From Dendrobates tinctorius (taxonomy: Eukaryota): 64,000 bases of DNA. This document shows, piece by piece, positions 23,728-36,651 of the stretch. Position 1 is the first letter of the stretch, and each line of letters begins with the position of its first letter. The translations under genes were made by a program, and so were the position numbers. Location: the NCBI RefSeq assembly GCF_039654945.1, contig NW_027361725.1, positions 14,632,001 through 14,696,000 of the forward strand, read 5' to 3'. The notes below the pieces were generated by a model. That model saw nothing but the letters and a program-made list of their open reading frames with translations, was not told the DNA's origin and searched no databases.

Positions 23728-26118
23728 TACATATATACACACACACGTATATATATTTCTGATTTATTGGCACTAATATACCGTCTGCATCTTGTTACTG
23801 AACTCTGGATTTTTTAAATTATCTGCTATAAAAATTCTTGCATTTTATTATACCACCTGAAGTTTCCGCCTTGATTTCTACCTAATATACTGTATATAGA
23901 ATTACTAATGAATAATAGTTCTATATATTTTTTTTTTTATTTATTCTTTCACAATCCGTGCACTATTGTTCTCCAAACACTGTTTTGTCTGGCTAATCGA
24001 CTTCTATGGAAAACGTTTTCGCCCAGCTATGTTTTTCATAGATCTATAGGACTCTATGTAACAAAGAAGGATTTTAGCCTCAGGTTTAAACTATAGAAAA
24101 ATAAAATATATTAAAATAAATGCTTTCCAAGGCGAGAGAGTTTCCAGCTTTACAAAAAGGAGTTTAATCCCTTTCGAGAGAACACTGTGCAGCCGTTTAG
24201 TCGTCTTAATATATTTATTTTCAATAGGAAAAATAAAAATAAATAAGAACTAATGGTTGTAAAACCTGTGTGGCCGATCCTTGTGGTTTGTTCTGCTGAG
24301 AACAAGGCTGATGTGATTAGCACGTACTCAAGCCGAAAATCCACTTCTCCCATCTTTCATATTTCAGACAATTATTGGGTTTCAATAAGAGGGTCTGAGT
24401 AACCTGACATGAATGACTTCTAGGTTGTATGCCAATGAACAAAAACACCCATAGATACAAGAACATTAACAAAAAGGCATAAGAAGCACGGAAGGAACAT
24501 CTTGGCCCGAGGAGCTCCCTGCGGAGACTGACAAATAGTAGTAATGAGTGGGGCATCAGCGACAGACAATGACTCCAGGGGACGTCAACTTGTAACATTT
24601 AATAACTCCTTATCTTTATAAAAAGAAATAAATGTAGAAGCAGATACATACTGAATGTAGTTACCGTATCCCCCGCAGAATTAATAAACCTCACATTTTA
24701 TGATTTAAGGAGAACTAATTACACAGGGGAAAAGAAAAATGGAATAGAAAAGTACATACACAAAAAAAAAAAAAAAAAACACAACAAGATTCAGTTCCGT
24801 TCTTCTAAATATTTACTATTAAAACGCAACTTTTTTCTCTTCACTTTATCTCTTAATTTCCTTTAATGCCGCATGTGGTCTTACCAAAAATTCGGAGAGG
24901 AAAGAGTGAAGGGGTGGGACAATTTAACTCAAAAGGCAATGTTTGAGCAGTTAAAAAAAATAGTTTTTTTTATATAAAATTTATTTTTTAAATAAAAACA
25001 CCCATTAGATTGGCTACTAGGCCGTATACTAGAAACAATTCCTGTTCTTTCAGAAAAGCTACAAGGATATTAGCAACTACAGTGCTAGTTAGCAGTATTG
25101 AAGTTATTAATGTGCATTTTCTGATTAGGACAAATGTCATTGTAAAGGAGGGGAGGAGGTGAGCTGTGACATCATCTATTGTGAATGGTGGATTCTGTGT
25201 TATCTACTGTATATAAAAGGTGTTATCAGTCACTGTACAGGAGGGGAGGAGGTGAGCTGTGACATCACCTATTGTGAATGGTGGATCCTGTGTAACTATG
25301 ACTATCTTAGAACCAAACTTCCTTTTTCAGGAAACATCACATGTACATTAGCCACAGTGAACAATCCCCGACACTTTCTTTCGTATTAAGCATCCAATGA
25401 TCATGTGCAAAGGTCATTGTGAAGTGGGGGATGGGGGAGGAGCTGTAACATCTTTTGTTATCAGATGTGTATATAGGAGTGATTTGTCATTATAAATCTT
25501 GCCTCTGATGATAATGAGCCTGCAGAAAACCCTTCCTGAAAAGGACAAGAAGTCTGAAAAAGCTCCAGGGAGAAAATTGGAAGATTACCAATTTTGTCTT
25601 TTTAGAAAAGTAAAAAATACCAGATCATTTTCTGATGATCCATTCCCTTTAACCCCTTTCCGACACTGGGCATAATAGTACGCCCACGTCGGAATCCCTC
25701 CCTTTGATGTGGGCTCCAGTGCTGAGCTTAGATCTTTCCCGACACATGTCAGCTTTTTTGAACAGCTGACATGTACCTCTAGCAGCCTCGGGTGGAATCG
25801 CGATCCACCTGTGGCTGTTAACCTGATAAATGCCGGTCAGTCTCTGATAGCAATATTTAACTCACGATTACTGGAAACGTGCCAGAAATACCGCCCATCG
25901 GTGACCCCGACACATGATAACAGGTCACCGATGGGTTAGCATGACAACCAGAGTTCTCCAGCAGACCTCTATGGTTGTCAATGCCGGATTGCTATGAGCG
26001 CTGCCTGGTGGTCGGCACTCATAGCAAGCAAGCATTTCTGCTACATATAGGCGATCTGATTGACTGTGTGCAGCAGAAGCGATCAGACAACTGCAGCTTC
26101 TAGTCTCCCATGGAGACT

Positions 26119-26910
26119 TGTTATGATTGAGTCACCGTAGGAGGCAAAAACAGAAATGCTAGCTAAGTCCTGAAAACCAGAGAAGTTGGCAACTATCAGA
26201 TTGCAGACCCCTGAACCTATCAACACAACTAGCAGTAGCCGTGGGGGGTTCCTACGATGACCTAGACCCCTCGATCACAGCCGGAGAGATACATAGGCCT
26301 AAAGAAAGTAAGGGGAAATCTAACTGCCCCAGAGCAGACCCCAAAGCAATAGGCAGCCCCCCACATATAATGACGGTGAAGCAAGATGAAAACACTTACA
26401 CAGACAGAAAGACAGGCTGAGCAAAGACGGGGCCCAAAAACTACCTAGATAGGAACGGATAGGAAGGCTGCTGTCTGCAATCTGCCAAAACCCTATCAGA
26501 GACAAAAGCCAACAAGCTGATATAAAAATGGCCCTGAAGCAACTAAGCTTCAAAAACTAAATCAGCACTCAGGTACCTTCAGAAGACAGAGCTCACGGAA
26601 CACTGCACACTCCAGCAGGGAGTGGCAGAATCCAAAAGCAAGAAAAACAAAAACAAATCTTAGATGCAAAAAGGCAAAACAGAAAACTTAGCTTTAGGAG
26701 AGCAGGAATCAGACTGGTGTCAAAGAGTCCACAGAGAAATCACCCGCAGGGCAGAAAGGGCGTAGGCTGCCTTAAATCCAGTCAGTGACTCCACTCAGCC
26801 AATCGTCTTCATTAGTCCCAGGTGTCTGATAATCAGGCTCACTACCTTCCTTCACTAGAATAGGGAGTTCACCAGGCCTCAGTGACGGAGGGGAAAATGA
26901 ACTCACAACA
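26119..26910 (-). repeat. 3' LTR of Gypsy element 1
   Basis: Direct repeat of 31104-31895; one mismatch seen by eye. Confidence 0.95.
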
Positions 26911-29900
26911 GTACCCCCCCCTTGAGGAGGGGTCACCGAACCCTCAACAACGCTACCAGGGCGATCAGGGTGAGCCCGATGAAAGGCACGCACCAATCTT
27001 TTGGCATGAATATCAGAGGCAGAGACCCAGGAATTATCCTCCTGACCATAACCCTTCCACTTAACCAAATACTGGAGTCTCCGGCTAGCCAGACGGGAAT
27101 CCAGAATTTTCTCTACCTCATATTCCAAGTTACCTTCAACCAATACAGGGTCCGGAGGTGCCACCTCAGGCACAACTGGCTCAACAAACCTCTTCAACAA
27201 GGACTTATGGAACACATTATGGATCTTAAATGTGACAGGAAGAGCCAAACGAAAAGAGACCGGATTAATAATCTCCAAAATCTTGTAAGGTCCAATAAAT
27301 CTAGGCTTAAACTTAGGAGAAGCCACCTTCATAGCAATATTTTTTGATGATAACCACACCATATCACCAATCTTAAACTGGGGACCAATGGTCCTATGTC
27401 GATTGGAAAACCGCTGGCCCTTTTCCTGGGAGAGAGATAACTTATCCACCACTTGGTCCCAGATCTGGTGCATTCTCTCCACCACAGTGTCAACCCCTGG
27501 GCAGGCAGAAGGCTCCACCTGCCCTGAAGAAAATCGAGGGTGAAAACCAAAGTTACAAAAAAAAGGTGACATCAAAGTGGCAGAACTAGCTCTATTATTT
27601 AAAGCAAATTCGGCCAAGGGCAAAAATGAAACCCAATCATCCTGATCAGCGGAAATAAAACATCTCAAATACGACTCCAAGGTCTGGTTTGTTCTCACTG
27701 TCTGCCCATTGGTCTGAGGGTGAAAAGCAGAGGAGAAGGACAACTGAATTCCCAACTTGGAACAGAACGTCCTCCAAAATTTAGACACAAATTGAACTCC
27801 TCTGTCAGATACAATGTTCTCAGGAATCCCGTGCAAGCGAACCACCTGTTGCAAAAACAGAGGCACCAACTCAGAAGAAGATGGCAACTTAGGGAGTGGT
27901 ACAAGATGAACCATCTTAGAGAACCTATCACAAATCACCCAAATAACAGTCATTCTTTGAGAGACCGGCATATCAGAGATGAAATCCATTGAAATATGGG
28001 TCCATGGCCTCCTGGGGACCGGCAAAGGCATCAACAACCCACTAGAGCGAGAACAAGATTTAGACCGGGAGCAAGTCCCACAGGACTGCACAAAATTCCT
28101 GACATCATGAGACAAGGTGGGCCACCAAAAAGAGCGACTCACCAGATCTCTAGTACCAAAAATACCTGGATGACCAGCCAATGCAGAGCAATGAACTTCA
28201 GACATCACCCTCTTCTTCCACTGGTCAGGAACATACAACTTTCCACTGGGGCAAAGCTCAGGTTTGTCCTCCTGGAACTCTTGCAGAGCAAGTCTCAAAT
28301 CGGGCGAGATGGCAGAAAGAACTAACCCTTCGCCTAAGATGGTGGCAGGCTTGGTCACCACAGGAGAATCAGCAAAGAAACTCCTAGAGAGGGCGTCTGC
28401 CTTGACATTCTTAGTTCCAGGAAGGAAAGAGACCACAAAATCAAAACGTGTAAAAAACAAGGCCCACCTAGCCTGTCTAGGGTTCAAGCGTTTAGCCGAC
28501 TCTAGGTAAATCAAATTTTTGTGGTCAGTGAGGACCACAACTTGATGTTTGGCTCCCTCCAACCAATGTCTCCACTCCTCAAATGCCTATTTTATGGCCA
28601 ACAGTTCCCGATTCCCCACATCATAGTTACGTTCAGATGCAGAGAACTTACGGGAAAAGAAAGCACAGGGATTCATTTTAGATGTTACCGGATCCTTTTG
28701 GGACAACACCGCTCCTGCACCAATCTCAGAAGCATCCACCTCTACCTGGAACGGGAGTGAGACATCAGGTTGCCGCAGAACCGGGGCGGAGGTAAATCTA
28801 CGCTTCAGCTCCTGAAAGGAAGCAACCGCCTCCGGAGACCAATTCAACACATCCGCACCCTTCCTGGTCAGGTCAGTCAATGGTTTGGCAATACTAGAAA
28901 ATTTTGCTATAAATTTCCGATAAAAATTAGCAAAACCCAAAAACTTCTGGAGGGCCTTCAAAGAAGTGGGCTGAACCCAATCATAAATGGCCTGTACCTT
29001 GGCCGGGTCCATTTCAATAGTTGACGGAGACAAAATAAATCCCAAAAAAGAAATTCTCTGTACCCCAAAAAGGCATTTTGATCCTTTGACATACAGAGAA
29101 TTCTCTCTCAAGATCCGGAACACAGTCCGAACATGTTCCACATGATAATCCCAATCCTTGGAGAAGATCAAAATATCATCCAGATAGATAATCAAAAATT
29201 TATCGACAAAGTCTCGGAAAATATCGTTCATGAAGCACTGGAAGACAGAAGGGGCATTAGTGAGCCCAAAAGGAATCACCAGGTACTCAAAATGTCCCTC
29301 CGGAGTATTAAACGCCGTCTTCCATTCATCCCCCTGCTTAATGCGGATAAGATTATACGCCCCCCTGAGGTCAAGCTTGGTAAACCAGCAAGCACCTCTG
29401 ACTCTAGAGAATAGATCCGAGATCAGGGGTAACGGATACTGATATTTAATAGTAATTTTATTGAGGGCACGATAATCAATACAAGGCCTTAAAGAACCAT
29501 CCTTCTTGGCCACAAAAAAAAAAAAACGGCACCTAAGGGTGAAGAGGATGGTCTAATATGATCCTTCTCCAACGCCTCCTTAATATAGGACCGCATAGCC
29601 TCGTGCTCGGGTACAGATAAATTGAAGAGCCGACCCTTAGGAAATTTACACCCCGGGTTTAGTTCAATTGCACAGTCATAACTCCTATGAGGAGGCAAAG
29701 ACGCAGATTCATTCTCACTAAATACATCATAGTAGTCCGCCAAATAGTCAGGAACCTCATGCGACTGAGGAGAGGTGGAAAAAACCGGAGCCTCACTAAA
29801 GGTACACTGGCAACCCAAACTCACCACAGACACAGACTTCCAATCCAAAACTGGATTATGAATCTGCAACCAGGGAAACCCCAGAACAACGGCATCGTGC

Positions 29901-30965
29901 AGACCATGCAACACCAAAAATCTGCAATTTTCTTGTTGGTCTGGGGCTACCCGCATGACCAACTGGGTCCAAAACTGAGGTTTATTTTTAGCCAGAGGGG
30001 TAGCATCAATCCCCCTCAAAGGGATAGGAGTCTGCAGAGTTGTCAACGGAAATCCACAACGTTTAGCAAAATCCAAGTCCATTAGGTTTAGCGCTGCTCC
30101 CGAATCCACAAAAGCCTTGGCAGAAAATGTGGACAGGGAACAGATCAGAGTAATCGCCAAAAGAAACTTAGGCTGAACCCCACCAACAGAAAACGTGTGT
30201 GCAAAGCGTTTCTCACGTTTAGGACAAACAGAAATAACATGTGAGGCATCTCCACAGAAAAAACACAGCTTATTACGCCTTCTGAATTCCTGACGTTGCG
30301 CCTTAGACAAAACTCTATCACATTGCATAGGTTCAGACGTCTGTTCAACCGGTGGCAACACCTCTCGTGTAATCCTGCGTTCACGTAAACGCCGATCAAC
30401 CTGAATGGCTAAAGACATAGAATCGTCCAGACCAGAGGAAACAGGAAATCCCACCATAGTATCTTTTACGACTTCTGACAAACCCTTCCGAAAGAGAGCA
30501 GCCAAGGAACTATCATTCCAGGTAGTAAGGACCGCCCACTTTCGGAACTTTTGACAGTACAACTCTGCAGATTCTCGACCCTGGTTCAATGCTAACAGGG
30601 TCTTTTCAGCCTGATCAATAGCATTAGGTTCGTCGTACAGCAACCCCAAGGCTTGAAAAAATGCGTTCACATTAGTCAGAATAGGGTCATCTGGTTTCAA
30701 AGAAAACGCCCAATCCTGGGGATCGCCGCGCAGCAAAGAGATGACAATTTTAACCTGCTGCGCGGCTCCCTGACGAGTTAGGCTTCAAAGCAAAAAATAA
30801 TTTACAATTATTTTTGAAACTCAAAAATTTAGATCGATCCCCAAAAAATACATCAGGTGTGGGGATCTTTGGTTCAACAGCATGTGAACGAGCAAGATAG
30901 GCGGAAATTCCTCGCACTTCAGCAGCGAGCTGCTCCACACGATCAGACACTTGCTTCATCTCCAT
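26772..30965 (-). pseudogene. gag-pol polyprotein of Gypsy element 1, disrupted
   Basis: CX2CX4HX4C knuckle, protease VDSGA, RT YLDD, RNase H, HHCC/DDE integrase, GPY, chromodomain. Frameshifts at ~30765 and ~29520, TAG at 28587-28589. Confidence 0.93.
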
Positions 30966-31103
30966 TGAGAGAGAAAAAAAAAAAATTCCCCCTACGGCCT
31001 CAGAGAAATGAATATACACTTTTTTTTTTTTTTTTTTTTTTTTTTAAACACAATTCTTTCCTGCTATTGAGTACCCCAGGATCTGTGGTTTGGCGGGTGA
31101 TTC

Positions 31104-31895
31104 TGTTATGATTGAGTCACCGTAGGAGGCAAAAACAGAAATGCTAGCTAAGTCCTGAAAACCAGAGAAGTTGGCAACTATCAGATTGCAGACCCCTGAA
31201 CCTATCAACACAACTAGCAGTAGCCGTGGGGGGTTCCTACGATGACCTAGACCCCTCGATCACAGCCGGAGAGATACATAGGCCTAAAGAAAGTAAGGGG
31301 AAAACTAACTGCCCCAGAGCAGACCCCAAAGCAATAGGCAGCCCCCCACATATAATGACGGTGAAGCAAGATGAAAACACTTACACAGACAGAAAGACAG
31401 GCTGAGCAAAGACGGGGCCCAAAAACTACCTAGATAGGAACGGATAGGAAGGCTGCTGTCTGCAATCTGCCAAAACCCTATCAGAGACAAAAGCCAACAA
31501 GCTGATATAAAAATGGCCCTGAAGCAACTAAGCTTCAAAAACTAAATCAGCACTCAGGTACCTTCAGAAGACAGAGCTCACGGAACACTGCACACTCCAG
31601 CAGGGAGTGGCAGAATCCAAAAGCAAGAAAAACAAAAACAAATCTTAGATGCAAAAAGGCAAAACAGAAAACTTAGCTTTAGGAGAGCAGGAATCAGACT
31701 GGTGTCAAAGAGTCCACAGAGAAATCACCCGCAGGGCAGAAAGGGCGTAGGCTGCCTTAAATCCAGTCAGTGACTCCACTCAGCCAATCGTCTTCATTAG
31801 TCCCAGGTGTCTGATAATCAGGCTCACTACCTTCCTTCACTAGAATAGGGAGTTCACCAGGCCTCAGTGACGGAGGGGAAAATGAACTCACAACA
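31104..31895 (-). repeat. 5' LTR of Gypsy element 1
   Basis: Direct repeat of 26119-26910. Confidence 0.95.
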
Positions 31896-32623
31896 GAGAC
31901 TACTGAAGCATGCAAAAAGAAAAAGCTTTTAAAAATAAAAAGTTCAAATCACCCCCCCTTTAGCACCATTCAAAAATAAAATAGGAAAACAAAATAGAAT
32001 ATACACATATTTGGTATCACCGAGTTCAGAATCACCCGATCTATCAATATAAAAAAAGAATTAACCTGATCGCTAAACGGCGTAACGAGAAAAAAAAAAT
32101 TCAAAATGCCAAAATTACGGGGTTTTTTGGTCGCCGCAACATTGCAATAAAACGCAATAATGGGAGATCAGAAGATTGTATCTGCACCAAAACTGTATCA
32201 ATAAAAACGTGAGCTTGGCGCACCAAAAAAAAAAAAAAAAAAAAAAAAAAGTCCTCACCCAGCCCCATATCACAAAAAATGGAGATGCTACCGTATGGGA
32301 AAATGGTGCATTTTTTTTGTTTTGTTTTTTAAACCAAAGATTGGATTTTTTTTTCACCACTTAGATTAAAAAGAATCTAGACATGTTTGGTGTCTATGAA
32401 CTCATAATGACAGGTCAATTTTAGCATTTAGTGAACATGGTTAAAAAAAAACAAAACAAAAAAAAAAAAATCCTGTGGAATTGCACTTTTTTGCAATTTC
32501 ACTGCACTTGGAATTGGTTTCCCATTTTCTAGTACATGCATGATATGTTAAAACCAATTGTGTCGTTCAAAAGTAAAACTTGTCCCACCAAAAACAAGCC
32601 CTCACATGGCCATTTTGACCAAA

Positions 32624-32657
<34 letters not shown>

Positions 32658-32911
32658 ATGGCTCTGGGAAGAAGGGGTACAAAAAACGAAAACGCAAAAG
32701 AGAAGATCCCTCCACTTATGAAGGGGTTAAAAAGGTAATTGGACATTGACAATCTTGTGAGAAGATTTGCATAGGCGGCTTGTTATATAATTGGCATAAC
32801 CAGATGAGAGTGAGCAGGAACACCAGACTATCAGCTGACTGTCTTGTGCTCAACACAGAATCCAAATTCCATATTCCAGTCAGTGTCAAAACTTACAAGT
32901 ATTTCAGTTAA

Positions 32912-34825
32912 AGGGAAGGTGCCGTGTTTTTTCATAATTTAATGTAAAAAAAGAAAATAGTATAAAAAGATATTGTCCCCTAAGCTTGACTCAGTGGTGT
33001 CTATTTTTTTTTTTTTCTGTAGTAATGCAGCCACTGGGGGCTGCCATCTTACCTCTCTGGCTGCTGAACGACACTTTCCATGCTCATTTACGGCAGTCCC
33101 TGGGCATAAGAGACTATAGTCGGCTGCCGACCCTATCTCTTTCATTGCAGCAGCATTAGCTGTGAACTGGGCACGCCTCTGTGGGCAGCTCAATTCACAG
33201 CTGTAGGTGTGGCCAGGCGCCATCTTATTAGAGCCCAGTGCTTTCCTTTTAGCTCTATTTACACTCTATTGCAAGCCCTGTTATCACTGATGCTGTACTG
33301 TTCCAGCATAACAAGGCTTGGATGTTCACTCTGCACATACCAGATGCAGGAGAGGATACAGGACGAGCTGCTGAGACAGAGCTGCTCTTTCCAAAACACC
33401 CGACCAGCTGCTGCCCCTGCAAAACATAGGAGGAGCTGCTCCCTGCTGTTTCAAAACACTTGGCAATCTGCTGGATATCTAATCCTCTCCTGTGTGATAC
33501 TGACTGCTAAGCTGTGTATCTAATCCTCTCCTGTGTAATACTGACTGCTAAGCTGTGTATCTAATCCTCTCCTGTGTGATACTGACTGCTGAGCCGTGTA
33601 TCTAATCATCTCCTGTGTGATACTGTGTGCTGAGCCATGTATCTAATCCTATCCTGTGTGATACTGTGTGCTGAGCCGTGTATCTAATCCTATCCTGTGT
33701 GATACTGTCTGCTGAGCTGCGTATCTAATCCTATCCTGTGTGATACTGACTGCTGAGCCGTGTATCTAATCCTATCCTGTGTGATACTGTCAGCTGAGCT
33801 ATGTATCTAATCCTATCCTGTGTGATACTGTGTGCTGAGCTGTGTATCTAATCCTATCCTGTGTGATACTGTCTGCTGAGCCGTGTATCTAATCCTGTGT
33901 GATACTGTCTGCTGAGCCGTGTATCTAATCCTGTGTGATACTGTCTGCTGAGCCATGTATCTAATCCTATCCTGTGTGATACTGACTGCTGAGCTGTGTA
34001 TCTAATCCTATCCAGTGTGATACTGCTCTCCTGAAATACTCTGTGCTGCTGTCTCCCTGCTCCTCCACCATATATCTCCCTCTGTGACCCCCCCCATAGA
34101 CCAGCACACTGCTCTCCTGAAATACTCTGTGCTGCTGTCTCCCTGCTCCCAGAATCCTTGCTGCATGCCATCCTCGGTGACCGAAGACCCCATTCCTCTC
34201 CCAAGATCCTGTCCTGGCGATGTGTGAAAGCGAGGTGACAGGGCCTGATATATGGTGGAAGGAGCAGGGTGACAGCAGCACAGAGTCTTTCAGGAGAGCA
34301 GTGTGCTGGTCTGTGGGGGGCACCCTGTTTGGTGCCAGGGATTGTACATAGAGCGCTGTGTTTTATACACATGGATGGACCGTCTGCTTGTCTGTTCCAC
34401 AGAAATCCAGGAAACATTTCTGCTGATTGGTGACCTGTTCTGATCCAGACTTTACATGCAAAGACCGTCAGTAACTTTGCAGGCCCCAGCAAAATGGCAG
34501 CTCACTGTGTTCCTAGATGTCATCCTCTCTTTTCCCTTAGCAAACACCCAGAAGGGGAGGAGAGGAGTGACACCACACCAATGTCAGCAGATTCCGCCCA
34601 TAATTACTGCAGGGCAGTAATGTGAGCTAGTTGTACACTAGGTTTTTGTGCCAAATTTCAGTAGCTGCTCCCCCTAGTGTTAACAAGTGGAAATGCCAAA
34701 CTTTTTATAATTTTTCATATTTTACAAAATTAAAAACAAATGATAATATTTTTTAAGAAAATGTAAACATTAATTCTTCACATTTTTACAATTGCTGAAA
34801 AAAATTTTTCGATGGCACCTTCCTT
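32912..34825. mobile_element. TTAA-targeting Kolobok/T2-like element carrying an internal tandem array
   Basis: ttaa|AGGGAAGGTGCC...GGCACCTTCCTT|ttaa. Confidence 0.7.
33470..34027. repeat. ~41-bp tandem repeat, ~14 copies
   Basis: Unit GTGTATCTAATCCTATCCTGTGTGATACTGTCTGCTGAGCC. Confidence 0.93.
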
Positions 34826-35889
34826 TTAAGTCTGGGATGTTCACATGTGATTTCCTTCACAATCCAGAGACCATTGTTGGACTGGGTCCCATTTTTTGTC
34901 CAGAGACTAACCTCAGTTTCTCTCATCCTATCCCTTCTTTAGTGAAGGTGTCCAGATGACCTTCAGCGAAACCCACCAATTTTGCCATCTGCCAACTATC
35001 TAATGTAGCACTTCTCAAACTATGAGGTGGATCTCACCAATTAGGCCCCTCCTAGTTGTTGGTTAGAACCCAAAATAGGGGCAGTTTTATCTTTACAGAA
35101 ACTATCATAAGTTACATGGTTCTGTCTTAAAAGGTACTTTGAGAACTATTTTACAATTTGGCATGAGCTTCGGCCATGGGTGCTGAGGCTCAGGTATCTT
35201 GTTCTGACCATTAACAACTCAGAAGAAAAAAAGTTTTAAAAGTCTCGATCTAACGTCTATAGTGTAGGCTCAAAATTCTCACAACAGAAGACCTTGGCAA
35301 GGAGAAAAAAAAAAAAAAGGAAAAGGATCAGTCATGTGGAATTTCAAATGTCCGATCCTATGTAGTAAATTAGGAGCGGATTACTCCACCCTCCCAGTCG
35401 AGGACACGCTATCATCATCGAAGGTGCATGATTATGGCTTCCAGTCTCCATTGGCATTGTGGGTCTGTGAAATTTTCGTGACCCTCCATCGATCACGTGA
35501 TTGATGGGGCCCAGCACTGTTTATCTGGCACAGCGCCACACTTTTAGTAGTGGCTATGCCATGGTATTACAACTCAGCCCCATCCTCGAAGGGGATACAA
35601 CCCCTTTACTGAGCTGATTGTTGGGGGTTAAAGAACTGGAACACACATTAAATACTAAATACCTATTCTAAGAGTTTGCACTACTGCCTTCCCAACGTGG
35701 CTTCTATTGCTACGTTAGCCCTTCGTCTTAAAGCCAAGCTAAAAATGCATGTTGGCATCTCTATATGCCCGCCAGCCACCAGGGCAATGTGTTTGTATGT
35801 GACAACCCTAGAAAAGCACCCTGGTGGTCTACAATTCTACATTCTTGGGCGGGGTGCTCCACGTTAAACGCTTTATTTTCTTATTTCAG

Positions 35890-36061
35890 AGCATTCACTG
35901 GAGCAACCAATGAAGAGTCCATCATGCATGAGATTTCCTTGCTGGCCGAGCTGTTGGATTCTCCGGAACTGTATTTACAAGACACATTTATCATTGCCGG
36001 ATACACAAACCCAGCGGCTGCCAACAGACGGAACGAGATCTGGTTCTTGCAGAGGCCTTAA
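35890..36061 (+). CDS. soul3: soul3-like coding exon 5 (terminal)
   Basis: tttcag|(R)AFTGATNEE...IIAGYTNPAAANRRNEIWFLQRP*. The AGY..P...RRNEIW C-terminus is typical of SOUL/HBP proteins. Confidence 0.92.
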
Positions 36062-36651
36062 GCTTTGCACGGGAGGAGTGTGCCCATGAACGGATGGAGT
36101 GCGGCGGCCCCAGTGGACATGGTCATCACGTGATCCAAGAACTACATGGCATCCCCCTGCTAGCCATTGTGGACCAGTACTGAGCGGCATCGCTCTCTAG
36201 TATCTTTTCCCTGGAGATTTGCCTCCCAAGTACATATACAGACACTGCCTGCAGTAGCAGATTGCATAGGATTATTTCACCCCAGTGAAGGCTGGCTACA
36301 GTAATGGCATATAAATTCCCCCTCTAAAAGCCAATTTTAAATGATGATGGATGTACAGAATGCATGATATCGAAAAGAGTCATGTTAACATTGGGGTAAT
36401 TCGGATGATAATAATGGCCGCCATTTTCCCAAAGATGGAAAGCAATCTGATCCAAACCGGTGACTACTGCTTAATACCTGTTCGATTCACAATTGGTTGA
36501 GTAAGTGTCCCCTATGCTCTCCAGTCAAAACAATAGGATAAAGAAATTTTCCCTATCTTATAAGGCGATAGTCTATATCACTAGGATATGCCTTGATTTT
36601 ATACTCCAAGGATGTCTGATCACTGGGACACCAATCGATCCCAAAAATTAA

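Larger units (their letters stand above)
26119..31895 (-). mobile_element. Ty3/Gypsy chromovirus (Tf1/sushi-like) LTR retrotransposon 1, full length
   Basis: Two 792-bp TG...CA LTRs, GAGACT flanking duplication, PPT next to the 3' LTR, domain order gag-PR-RT-RH-IN-chromodomain. Confidence 0.97.
25653..32726. mobile_element. Non-autonomous piggyBac-like element (~1.3 kb) split by Gypsy element 1
   Basis: ttaa|CCCCTT...AAGGGG|ttaa; sequence runs on across the Gypsy TSD; related decayed copy at ~61030-61480. Confidence 0.7.

Noticed and set aside
33854-34492. 212-aa minus-strand ORF
   Set aside because: It lies in a non-autonomous element and its tandem array, with no transposase motifs.
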